Below are positions 46,681 to 57,800 of a DNA stretch of 64,000 bases, one piece after another; the stretch's first letter is position 1; every line of letters begins with the position of its first letter. The translations under genes and the position numbers were made by a program. A model generated the notes under the pieces. The model worked only from the letters and a program-made list of their open reading frames with translations. It was not told where the DNA came from and made no database searches. The DNA lies in the sequence record NC_000866.4, one strand, 5' to 3'. This DNA comes from Escherichia phage T4.

Positions 46681-46997
46681 AAGTCCTCAACTTGAAAATC
46701 GTCTTTAAACAATCGGTTAACTATATGAGCTATTATATCACCATGACACGGCTTTGGTTTACATGTGCATCCTAGCCTCATTCCACGTAAAGGCTCTAAA
46801 TGTGCTTTAGTTATTTCTCCGGATTTAATTCGACGTATAAAATCTTTTTTGAATAATTCAATGGCAGCCTCCCGGCTGCCAGCATCTTTACCGACGTAAT
46901 TTCCCCAAAATGTACCGCGGTGAATATTAACATCAAAGTCGGATTTATATTTATTCACTACCCGGCATAGACGGCCCACGCTGGAATAATTCGTCAT
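46671..46997 (-). CDS. nrdA.1: Hypothetical protein with Cys/His cluster
   Basis: 108-aa ORF containing [12 protein letters not shown]; name by synteny. Confidence 0.65.
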
Positions 46998-47226
46998 ATT
47001 GTTTTTCCGTTAAAACAGTAATATCGTAGTAACAGTCAGAAGAAGTTTTAACTGTGGAAATTTTATTATCAAAATACTCACGAGTCATTTTATGAGTATA
47101 GTATTTTTTACCATAAATGGTAATAGGCTGTTCTGGTCCTGGAACTTCTAACTCGCTTGGGTTAGGAAGTGTAAAAAGAACTACACCAGAAGTATCTTTA
47201 AATCGTAAAATCATATATCCTCGCAA
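46951..47226 (-). CDS. nrdA.2: Hypothetical protein
   Basis: 91-aa ORF; name by synteny. Confidence 0.6.
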
Positions 47227-47234
47227 TAATAAAA

Positions 47235-47546
47235 TTACACCGCCATCTTTCCTTTAATAGGAGGGTGTGATACATAGTTGTTAAGAACGAAATCTTTAGG
47301 CCTAAGTTTAAGAACATATTTTAATTGTTCTTTAGTAGAAAGATATCGGAATTTATAAGGTAGACCACTTATTACCAGCTCACAAAGCTCTTTAGGTTCA
47401 CGCCTCAAAATTTCTTTACATTGTTCTACGTGATTCATATAGATATGAGTATTACCACCAGAAAATATCAAATCCCCTGGAATAAGATTACACATCTTAG
47501 CTACAATATGAACTAACGTAGCATATGACGCAATATTAAACGGTAG
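47235..47546 (-). CDS. td: Thymidylate synthase, exon 2
   Basis: Begins [12 protein letters not shown] immediately after the intron-terminal G at 47547; the ORF-track ATG at 47549-47547 is intron sequence. Confidence 0.9.
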
Positions 47547-48563
47547 CATTATGTTCAGATAAGGTCGTTAATCTTACCCCGGAATTATATCCAGCTGCAT
47601 GTCACCATGCAGAGCAGACTATATCTCCAACTTGTTAAAGCAAGTTGTCTATCGTTTCGAGTCACTTGACCCTACTCCCCAAAGGGATAGTCGTTAGGCA
47701 TTTATGTAGAACCAATTCCATTTATCAGATTTTACACGATAAGTAACTAATCCAGACGAAATTTTAAAATGTCTAGCTGCATCTGCTGCACAATCAAAAA
47801 TAACCCCATCACATGAAATCTTTTTAATATTACTAGGCTTTTTACCTTTCATCTTTTCTGATATTTTAGATTTAGTTATGTCTGAATGCTTATGATTAAA
47901 GAATGAATTATTTTCACCTGAACGATTTCTGCATTTACTACAAGTATAAGCAGAAGTTTGTATGCGAACACCGCACTTACAAAACTTATGGGTTTCTGGA
48001 TTCCAACGCCCGTTTTTACTTCCGGGTTTACTGTAAAGAGCTTTCCGACCATCAGGTCCAAGTTTAAGCATCTTAGCTTTAACAGTTTCAGAACGTTTCT
48101 TAATAATTTCTTCTTTTAATGGATGCGTAGAACATGTATCACCAAACGTTGCATCAGCAATATTGTATCCATTAATTTTAGAATTAAGCTCTTTAATCCA
48201 AAAATTTTCTCGTTCAATAATCAAATCTTTCTCATATGGAATTTCTTCCAAAATAGAACATTCAAACACATTACCATGTTTGTTAAAAGACCTCTGAAGT
48301 TTTATAGAAGAATGGCATCCTTTTTCTAAATCTTTAAAATGCCTCTTCCATCTCTTTTCAAAATCTTTAGCACTTCCTACATATACTTTATTGTTTAAAG
48401 TATTTTTAATCTGATAAATTCCGCTTTTCATAAATACCTCTTTAAATATAGAAGTATTTATTAAAGGGCAAGTCCTACAATTTAGCACGGGATTGTCTAC
48501 TAGAGAGGTTCCCCGTTTAGATAGATTACAAGTATAAGTCACCTTATACTCAGGCCTCAATTA
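47547..48563 (-). mobile_element. Group I self-splicing intron in td (about 1.0 kb) carrying I-TevI
   Basis: Exon 1 ends ...TTGGGT followed by intron TAATTGAGGCC; intron ends ...ATAATG before exon 2; conserved core shared with the nrdB intron. Confidence 0.92.
47694..48431 (-). CDS. I-TevI: Intron-encoded GIY-YIG homing endonuclease
   Basis: 245 aa from ATG at 48431 (MKSGIYQIKNTLNNKVYVGSAKD...), recognised as I-TevI; the ORF track extends 43 codons upstream by in-frame read-through. Confidence 0.95.
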   Translation of the reverse strand: MKSGIYQIKNTLNNKVYVGSAKDFEKRWKRHFKDLEKGCHSSIKLQRSFNKHGNVFECSILEEIPYEKDLIIERENFWIKELNSKINGYNIADATFGDTCSTHPLKEEIIKKRSETVKAKMLKLGPDGRKALYSKPGSKNGRWNPETHKFCKCGVRIQTSAYTCSKCRNRSGENNSFFNHKHSDITKSKISEKMKGKKPSNIKKISCDGVIFDCAADAARHFKISSGLVTYRVKSDKWNWFYINA

Positions 48564-49705
<1,142 letters not shown>

Positions 49706-49761
49706 TTAATTGAAAACGAATGCTTACTTGGATAATTTCAATGACATACATAATATTTTCC

Positions 49762-50004
49762 TCAAACAGACTTTTTCACAATTTTCCAATCAGCTTTAAA
49801 CTGCTCGACGTCAGAATGGTAAATCCAAAATCCTGCGCTTTCTCCGTCTTCATAAAGAGGACATCCATCGCATTCATCTTCCCATCCCATATCACGTAAA
49901 AGATGTTCAGCTTTTTCAACAAGTTCAGAATCTTTACCGATGATATTAAAATACCATTTACCTCTAACTTCTGAATCTTTGATGCTCTGGCGTTGTAATC
50001 TCAT
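49762..50004 (-). CDS. frd.1: Hypothetical protein
   Basis: 80-aa ORF with AAGGAG RBS; name by synteny. Confidence 0.7.
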   Translation of the reverse strand: MRLQRQSIKDSEVRGKWYFNIIGKDSELVEKAEHLLRDMGWEDECDGCPLYEDGESAGFWIYHSDVEQFKADWKIVKKSV

Positions 50005-50113
50005 TTTATTCTCCTTAGCAAGCTTTAATCAAAAGATATAAACAGACCAACATAACTGCTGCCATAATATAAGGTGCGAACATTTTCTTTTCTCCATTAG
50101 TTTTGATAGGGTA

Positions 50114-50143
50114 ATAGTATCACACTACTACCCTGATGTAAAC
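50114..50143 (-). promoter_or_regulatory. Early sigma70-like promoter upstream of frd.1
   Basis: Minus strand GTTTACA - 17 nt - TACTAT, overlapping the frd.2 stop. Confidence 0.5.
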
Positions 50144-50544
50144 TACTTTTTGAAAGTTTTTCGCAAAAGTTCAATGATTTCATCTACATTGTTTTCGTCA
50201 ACAATGCAGTGAATTTTTGTTACGCCAGAAACCTTGTCTTTGACTTCATCTTCTTCAGAAGTCGGTTCTTTATATTCGCGGAAACAATAAAACTCTTCTT
50301 CACTAAGTTCAAAATAATCATCACCCATACCATCATCATTATAGATTTCACCATTAGCACAAATGATTTCGGTTACATAATCAAAGCCATCTAAACTTGA
50401 TATTGATTTAACTTCAAACCAACCGCCATTTTCTTGAATGATGCCGACCATACTAGCATTTGATGAACTAATATCAATGAAAGATTTAATACGATGTGGA
50501 TTTAACTCGTATTTTTTGCCGATTTCCATTTTGATTTTCCTCAT
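50143..50544 (-). CDS. frd.2: Hypothetical protein
   Basis: 133-aa acidic ORF with GAGGAAAA RBS; name by synteny. Confidence 0.7.
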   Translation of the reverse strand: MRKIKMEIGKKYELNPHRIKSFIDISSSNASMVGIIQENGGWFEVKSISSLDGFDYVTEIICANGEIYNDDGMGDDYFELSEEEFYCFREYKEPTSEEDEVKDKVSGVTKIHCIVDENNVDEIIELLRKTFKK

Positions 50545-50574
50545 TTTAATAGGGGCTTGATAGCCCCTTGATAA

Positions 50575-50802
50575 TTATTGTTCAATCAGTCCCATGTAAA
50601 ATTCTGCGTCTTCAGAATCCATGCCATCACAATATTCATTAGCCATAAAGCGGGTGAGGTCTTCAAGAGGACCTTCAATAACGATTTGAATACTCCAAAA
50701 CTTAGAATCTTGCACGCTTGTGATACTAAGTTCAGGATAACGATTACGAATAATCTCTTCAATATATTCAAAATCAACGATGTCAATATCAACTTTAGCC
50801 AT
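50575..50802 (-). CDS. frd.3: Hypothetical protein
   Basis: 75-aa ORF; name by synteny. Confidence 0.65.
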   Translation of the reverse strand: MAKVDIDIVDFEYIEEIIRNRYPELSITSVQDSKFWSIQIVIEGPLEDLTRFMANEYCDGMDSEDAEFYMGLIEQ

Positions 50803-50889
50803 ATTATTTTCCTCTTTAATTATTAGCAGTATTGCCGATAGTTGTATAGTACCATAAAGCTTTATGCTTGTAAACCGTTTTGTGAAAAA

Positions 50890-50925
50890 ATTTTTAAAAT
50901 AAAAAAGGGGACCTCTAGGGTCCCC
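50890..50925 (-). terminator. Terminator after gene 32
   Basis: Minus strand GGGGACC-CUAGA-GGUCCCC followed by a long U-rich tract. Confidence 0.8.
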
Positions 50926-50947
50926 AATTAATTAGTAATATAATCTA

Positions 50948-51853
50948 TTAAAGGTCATTCAAAAGGTCATCCAGGTCCGTGTCATCAGCACTAGATGAAC
51001 TACCAGAGCTTGAGCTCATAAAATCATCTTCAGTTTTTGTATTGAAGTCATCAACATTGAATGCATCCAAATCATCAGCCACTTTATCAGCTTTCTTAGC
51101 AGCAGTTGCAGCAGCACCGCCCATCACAGCAGTTCCCATAACTTGACCGAATTTAGTATTAAGTTCTTCAAACGATTTGAATTTATCTTTAGAAGTCATT
51201 TCAGAAAGGTCAACCATTTGTTCGAACAGTTCTTTCTGGAAAGATTCATCGTCAATGTTTGGAATCGCAGATTGATTCAGGAATTTAGATTCATCGTAGT
51301 TACTAAATCCAGAAACTTGTTTAACTTTCAGTACAAAGTTAGCACCTTCCCACGGACAAGTTACATCAACTGGAGTTTCACCCATTTCAACATCAACCGC
51401 AATCATTGCATTGATTTTATCCCAGATTTTCTTACCAAAGCGGTATTTAAATACTTTACCTTCGTTTTCTGGAGCAGCTGGGTCTTTTACTACAAGAATG
51501 TTAGCCCAGTAAGAAGTTTTACGTTTAACAAGACTGTACTCTTTATTGTCAGTGTTGTATAGATCATTTTTACTGATGTATTGACATACTGGGCAAGAAT
51601 CGTAATCACCATGGGTAGATGAACATGTTTCAATATACCATTTACCATTTTTCTTGAAACCGTGATTTACAAGAATTGCGAATGGTGCTTGTTCATCATT
51701 TTTAGACGGAAGAAAACGAATTACTGCTTGACCGTTACCCGCATTATCGAGTTTCAGTTTCCACTCGCCTTTATCTTCAGAAGAAAAACCTTTATTGCCA
51801 TTCAGTTTAGCCATTTGTGCAGCGAGTTCAGCAGTAGATTTACGTTTAAACAT
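50948..51853 (-). CDS. 32: Single-stranded DNA-binding protein
   Basis: 301-aa ORF with zinc site ([14 protein letters not shown]) and acidic C-terminus; recognised as T4 gp32. Confidence 0.97.
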
Positions 51854-51920
51854 TTTTATTTCCTTTTTAATTTAATTTAATTAACAGTTGGTGCTATGAC
51901 ACTTTACCTCATAGCTGGCA
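51854..51920 (-). promoter_or_regulatory. Gene 32 translational operator (5' leader)
   Basis: Leader reads GCCAGCUAUGAGGUAAAGUGUCAUAGCACCAACUGUUAAUUAAAUUAAAUUAAAAAGGAAAUAAAA-AUG: hairpin GCUAUGA/UCAUAGC followed by an unstructured UUAAA-repeat tract. Confidence 0.75.
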
Positions 51921-52541
51921 TAATTCGCAATACTCTGGGTCTTCGAGAGGTATCCAACCTGAGTTGAAATACTTTACCATCGATTTAGCAGTTGTATCAG
52001 TTATATTTATATTACCTTTAACTCTTCGCCATCCAGGAGTTTTACCGTACAGATTAGAGGATAATAATAACACATAATTCTCGTAAGCAATATGAGATAA
52101 TTTCCAAGACTCTATATTAGCTCGTGATGTTTTCCAAGGTCTAAAATCGTCACGGTTCATATAATTAGCCAATCTCATATGCTCTCTAACTTCCGGGTCT
52201 TTGGCTGGATGAGTTTCACCACTCACACCAAATCCACCACCAGCATATACCAGATTAAAATAGTCTGGATTATCTCTGGCATTTACTTCAAGTTGGTATT
52301 TTCGTTCTGCTTCAATAACATCCAAGTCATCATCAATTTGAATTATTTTAACGCTCGGTTTTTGAAGCATTAGCGCATTCAAAAATCTTTTTTGTTTACA
52401 TGAGCTCCAGTATTCCTTTCCGGAAGAGTCATATATTATTCCGTTCTCAAATGAGCAATTTAATTTACTACCGATATAGTAGTATGGCGGAGTCTTATTT
52501 TTGACACGGTCTTCAAATGTAAACCAATATACTATATTCAT
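51909..52541 (-). CDS. segG: GIY-YIG-like homing endonuclease
   Basis: 210-aa ORF with a degenerate GIY-YIG N-terminus (VYWFTFEDRVKNKTPPYYYIG); lies between genes 32 and 59 as T4 segG. Confidence 0.7.
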   Translation of the reverse strand: MNIVYWFTFEDRVKNKTPPYYYIGSKLNCSFENGIIYDSSGKEYWSSCKQKRFLNALMLQKPSVKIIQIDDDLDVIEAERKYQLEVNARDNPDYFNLVYAGGGFGVSGETHPAKDPEVREHMRLANYMNRDDFRPWKTSRANIESWKLSHIAYENYVLLLSSNLYGKTPGWRRVKGNINITDTTAKSMVKYFNSGWIPLEDPEYCELCQL

Positions 52542-52542
52542 A

Positions 52543-53196
52543 TCAATACTTGCAAGATTTCACAGTTTCAATGAAAACATTTTTAGCTTTCTGTGAATCA
52601 ATATTTAAAATTTTTCTATAAGCCTTTAACTTTATAGAATAATTATTCCAGACTAAATTATCAGTCTGTTCATCATGTTTATCAATTATATTTAAAAACG
52701 AATCAAGCAAGATAAACGTCTCAAACGAAATTATGTTCGATTGCAGAAGTTTAAAAATATAACTTGATTGAACTTTTGGATTATACTCAAAAATTTCTTT
52801 AAAAGCAGAAACTTCAACTTTTTTACTAAAATAATAAATGTTGCGAATATCTTCTTCAAACTTAAATTTAATTTGCTTTAAGCGTCCGATATATTCACGA
52901 TAAAACACAAGTGCATCAGCGTCAGAGATGTCACCAATCCAAGCATCTTGGTTAGCAACCAAATTGCTTATAAAGATTAAAGCAAGTTCCTTTAATTTAT
53001 ATTTTTCTGATAACTTCTGGAAAAAATACTTATCCCTTCGCTTTTGATAAGCGGCATCAGACACCCGCATGCACCAATTATACTTAATTACATCATACTT
53101 TCCATTCATATGTTGTTTTATCATTAAGTATAATTTATAAACTGATTTACCATCAATGTATCTTTCACCACCAGCAGGCATGCGGAGTTTAATCAT
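52543..53196 (-). CDS. 59: Helicase loader
   Basis: 217-aa ORF; T4 gp59 length and position. Confidence 0.92.
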   Translation of the reverse strand: MIKLRMPAGGERYIDGKSVYKLYLMIKQHMNGKYDVIKYNWCMRVSDAAYQKRRDKYFFQKLSEKYKLKELALIFISNLVANQDAWIGDISDADALVFYREYIGRLKQIKFKFEEDIRNIYYFSKKVEVSAFKEIFEYNPKVQSSYIFKLLQSNIISFETFILLDSFLNIIDKHDEQTDNLVWNNYSIKLKAYRKILNIDSQKAKNVFIETVKSCKY

Positions 53197-53531
53197 AGTA
53201 GAAAATCTAATGTATTAGTTTTTTCACAACGAACAACAGAAGGACGTAAAAGATTTTCGTCAATAGCTTCTGACTGAATTTTTTCAATTATACCCGAAGG
53301 AATAAATTTAGCAAATTGAGTTTCAGGAATAGAATTTTCTTCTAAGAATGCTGTTGTAGCTTCAAGATAACTCATTCCAAACTCTTCTACCATTTTTTCA
53401 ATAATAAATCCATTTTCTTGGCGGTCAAGAAGCTTTGCTATTTCATCCTTTTCTTTCTTAATTGAAAGTTCTTTTTCTGAAAGACCGGTCTCATCGACCG
53501 GACGAATATCATTTAGAGAAAACTGTGTCAT
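53193..53531 (-). CDS. 33: Late transcription co-activator
   Basis: 112 aa from ATG at 53531 (MTQFSLNDIRP...); ORF track extends 3 codons upstream. Confidence 0.9.
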   Translation of the reverse strand: MTQFSLNDIRPVDETGLSEKELSIKKEKDEIAKLLDRQENGFIIEKMVEEFGMSYLEATTAFLEENSIPETQFAKFIPSGIIEKIQSEAIDENLLRPSVVRCEKTNTLDFLL

Positions 53532-53778
53532 AAAGTTCAACTACCTCTTCAGTTTCAGCTTCAAACACATCACGGTTATCTTTATGATACAAAGCTAATA
53601 GACGATTAAACATCTTACCATCAACGCCAAGTTCATCTTTAGCACGAATTCGAATATCTTTAATCAGTTCATTATAACCGGAAATTTTCAGTTTATGATC
53701 AGATGCTTCTTTAATAAATTTAGCCAAGTCTTCGCCATGGATAGCTTCATCAAATTCAACCATTTCTTTTTTAGCCAT
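53509..53778 (-). CDS. dsbA: Double-stranded DNA-binding protein
   Basis: 89-aa ORF overlapping the start of gene 33; T4 dsbA length. Confidence 0.88.
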   Translation of the reverse strand: MAKKEMVEFDEAIHGEDLAKFIKEASDHKLKISGYNELIKDIRIRAKDELGVDGKMFNRLLALYHKDNRDVFEAETEEVVELYDTVFSK

Positions 53779-53786
53779 TATTCACC

Positions 53787-54704
53787 TCAAAATTCATTAA
53801 TGCTATTAGTTAATTTAGAAAGACCCGCTTTTACAAAATATGAATAAATTTTGCCACGCGGTGGTAATTTATATGAATTATAGTAATTCACAATGTTTGA
53901 AGCAATATTATCAGGAATATAATCAAAATCAATTAGAACTAAATTTTCTTTATAACGATTATATTCAGATTCAGTGAGAAGCACCTTAGCTTGCTCACGG
54001 TCATTAGCAATAGCTTCAACGATTGAAGTTTTCATTGAAGGAGTTCGTTCACCTTCAACTCTGGTAAACCAAAAGTCAGATCGTACTTTAACTGAAGCAA
54101 CGTTATCCTTTTTGTCGCCTTTAAGGATTTTAGTCATACAGTCAATTTCAGCAGAACCGCTTTTAATTTTAACCCATTTCTTATGCATCGGAGACCATTG
54201 CTTAACATTTGGATATTTGTGAAGCTGAGTAAAGTCACCATCTGACGAAATGATTAAAATCTTATGTCCTTCTAAAGAGAACTTTTTAACAAGAACAGCA
54301 ATGTGGTCATCTGCTTCATACTTATCAATATCCATAACAATGTATGGCATATAAGCTTTCAATTCATCTATAACTTTATGGCTGGATTCAAAATAACCTT
54401 CCCAGTCCCAAGTAGATTCTTCTCGTGCTTTTCCACGGTTTTTCTTATAATAATAAGCGAAATCACGACGCCAATATCCAGATTTCGCGTTATCAATACA
54501 CAGTACAATTTTAGTGTATCCAAGCGTTTTTGCTTTTTTGACATTAAACTTAATTGAGTTCAATATCAAATGACGAACCATTGATAAATTAATTTTTTCT
54601 TTATCTGGGAAGTTTACCAAAGCAGTTGAAAGCGCAATTTGACTAAAGTCAATTAAGCAGATTCCTTCTTTGTAATCTTCATCCAACATCATTTCTAAAT
54701 CCAT
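53787..54704 (-). CDS. rnh: RNase H / 5'-3' exonuclease (FEN family)
   Basis: 305 aa from ATG at 54704 (MDLEMMLDEDYKEG...); ORF-track start at 54719 is TTG. Confidence 0.93.
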   Translation of the reverse strand: MDLEMMLDEDYKEGICLIDFSQIALSTALVNFPDKEKINLSMVRHLILNSIKFNVKKAKTLGYTKIVLCIDNAKSGYWRRDFAYYYKKNRGKAREESTWDWEGYFESSHKVIDELKAYMPYIVMDIDKYEADDHIAVLVKKFSLEGHKILIISSDGDFTQLHKYPNVKQWSPMHKKWVKIKSGSAEIDCMTKILKGDKKDNVASVKVRSDFWFTRVEGERTPSMKTSIVEAIANDREQAKVLLTESEYNRYKENLVLIDFDYIPDNIASNIVNYYNSYKLPPRGKIYSYFVKAGLSKLTNSINEF

Positions 54705-54733
54705 ATGAACCTCGTTCAATTAGTGAGATTTCT

Positions 54734-54763
54734 ATTATATACCATCCAAATCTTAAAGTAAAC
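54734..54763 (-). promoter_or_regulatory. Early sigma70-like promoter for rnh
   Basis: Minus strand GTTTACT - 17 nt - TATAAT, about 30 nt upstream of the rnh ATG; back-to-back with the gene 34 late promoter. Confidence 0.55.
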
Positions 54764-54766
54764 AAG

Positions 54767-54774
54767 TATAAATA
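54767..54774 (+). promoter_or_regulatory. Late promoter TATAAATA for gene 34
   Basis: Exact TATAAATA 35 nt upstream of the gene 34 ATG. Confidence 0.7.
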
Positions 54775-54808
54775 CTTATTATTGAAAACACAATAGGAGC
54801 CCGGGAGA

Positions 54809-57800
54809 ATGGCCGAGATTAAAAGAGAATTCAGAGCAGAAGATGGTCTGGACGCAGGTGGTGATAAAATAATCAACGTAGCTTTAGCTGATCGTACCGT
54901 AGGAACTGACGGTGTTAACGTTGATTACTTAATTCAAGAAAACACAGTTCAACAGTATGATCCAACTCGTGGATATTTAAAAGATTTTGTAATCATTTAT
55001 GATAACCGCTTTTGGGCTGCTATAAATGATATTCCAAAACCAGCAGGAGCTTTTAATAGCGGACGCTGGAGAGCATTACGTACCGATGCTAACTGGATTA
55101 CGGTTTCATCTGGTTCATATCAATTAAAATCTGGTGAAGCAATTTCGGTTAACACCGCAGCTGGAAATGACATCACGTTTACTTTACCATCTTCTCCAAT
55201 TGATGGTGATACTATCGTTCTCCAAGATATTGGAGGAAAACCTGGAGTTAACCAAGTTTTAATTGTAGCTCCAGTACAAAGTATTGTAAACTTTAGAGGT
55301 GAACAGGTACGTTCAGTACTAATGACTCATCCAAAGTCACAGCTAGTTTTAATTTTTAGTAATCGTCTGTGGCAAATGTATGTTGCTGATTATAGTAGAG
55401 AAGCTATAGTTGTAACACCAGCGAATACTTATCAAGCGCAATCCAACGATTTTATCGTACGTAGATTTACTTCTGCTGCACCAATTAATGTCAAACTTCC
55501 AAGATTTGCTAATCATGGCGATATTATTAATTTCGTCGATTTAGATAAACTAAATCCGCTTTATCATACAATTGTTACTACATACGATGAAACGACTTCA
55601 GTACAAGAAGTTGGAACTCATTCCATTGAAGGCCGTACATCGATTGACGGTTTCTTGATGTTTGATGATAATGAGAAATTATGGAGACTGTTTGACGGGG
55701 ATAGTAAAGCGCGTTTACGTATCATAACGACTAATTCAAACATTCGTCCAAATGAAGAAGTTATGGTATTTGGTGCGAATAACGGAACAACTCAAACAAT
55801 TGAGCTTAAGCTTCCAACTAATATTTCTGTTGGTGATACTGTTAAAATTTCCATGAATTACATGAGAAAAGGACAAACAGTTAAAATCAAAGCTGCTGAT
55901 GAAGATAAAATTGCTTCTTCAGTTCAATTGCTGCAATTCCCAAAACGCTCAGAATATCCACCTGAAGCTGAATGGGTTACAGTTCAAGAATTAGTTTTTA
56001 ACGATGAAACTAATTATGTTCCAGTTTTGGAGCTTGCTTACATAGAAGATTCTGATGGAAAATATTGGGTTGTACAGCAAAACGTTCCAACTGTAGAAAG
56101 AGTAGATTCTTTAAATGATTCTACTAGAGCAAGATTAGGCGTAATTGCTTTAGCTACACAAGCTCAAGCTAATGTCGATTTAGAAAATTCTCCACAAAAA
56201 GAATTAGCAATTACTCCAGAAACGTTAGCTAATCGTACTGCTACAGAAACTCGCAGAGGTATTGCAAGAATAGCAACTACTGCTCAAGTGAATCAGAACA
56301 CCACATTCTCTTTTGCTGATGATATTATCATCACTCCTAAAAAGCTGAATGAAAGAACTGCTACAGAAACTCGTAGAGGTGTCGCAGAAATTGCTACGCA
56401 GCAAGAAACTAATGCAGGAACCGATGATACTACAATCATCACTCCTAAAAAGCTTCAAGCTCGTCAAGGTTCTGAATCATTATCTGGTATTGTAACCTTT
56501 GTATCTACTGCAGGTGCTACTCCAGCTTCTAGCCGTGAATTAAATGGTACGAATGTTTATAATAAAAACACTGATAATTTAGTTGTTTCACCTAAAGCTT
56601 TGGATCAGTATAAAGCTACTCCAACACAGCAAGGTGCAGTAATTTTAGCAGTTGAAAGTGAAGTAATTGCTGGACAAAGTCAGCAAGGATGGGCAAATGC
56701 TGTTGTAACGCCAGAAACGTTACATAAAAAGACATCAACTGATGGAAGAATTGGTTTAATTGAAATTGCTACGCAAAGTGAAGTTAATACAGGAACTGAT
56801 TATACTCGTGCAGTCACTCCTAAAACTTTAAATGACCGTAGAGCAACTGAAAGTTTAAGTGGTATAGCTGAAATTGCTACACAAGTTGAATTCGACGCAG
56901 GCGTCGACGATACTCGTATCTCTACACCATTAAAAATTAAAACCAGATTTAATAGTACTGATCGTACTTCTGTTGTTGCTCTATCTGGATTAGTTGAATC
57001 AGGAACTCTCTGGGACCATTATACACTTAATATTCTTGAAGCAAATGAGACACAACGTGGTACACTTCGTGTAGCTACGCAGGTCGAAGCTGCTGCGGGA
57101 ACATTAGATAATGTTTTAATAACTCCTAAAAAGCTTTTAGGTACTAAATCTACTGAAGCGCAAGAGGGTGTTATTAAAGTTGCAACTCAGTCTGAAACTG
57201 TGACTGGAACGTCAGCAAATACTGCTGTATCTCCAAAAAATTTAAAATGGATTGCGCAGAGTGAACCTACTTGGGCAGCTACTACTGCAATAAGAGGTTT
57301 TGTTAAAACTTCATCTGGTTCAATTACATTCGTTGGTAATGATACAGTCGGTTCTACCCAAGATTTAGAACTGTATGAGAAAAATAGCTATGCGGTATCA
57401 CCATATGAATTAAACCGTGTATTAGCAAATTATTTGCCACTAAAAGCAAAAGCTGCTGATACAAATTTATTGGATGGTCTAGATTCATCTCAGTTCATTC
57501 GTAGGGATATTGCACAGACGGTTAATGGTTCACTAACCTTAACCCAACAAACGAATCTGAGTGCCCCTCTTGTATCATCTAGTACTGGTGAATTTGGTGG
57601 TTCATTGGCCGCTAATAGAACATTTACCATCCGTAATACAGGAGCCCCGACTAGTATCGTTTTCGAAAAAGGTCCTGCATCCGGGGCAAATCCTGCACAG
57701 TCAATGAGTATTCGTGTATGGGGTAACCAATTTGGCGGCGGTAGTGATACGACCCGTTCGACAGTGTTTGAAGTTGGCGATGACACATCTCATCACTTTT

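Noticed and set aside
48432-48560. N-terminal 43-codon extension of the I-TevI ORF
   Set aside because: In-frame read-through of intron sequence upstream of the MKSGIYQ start recognised for I-TevI; the ORF track simply extends to the previous stop.
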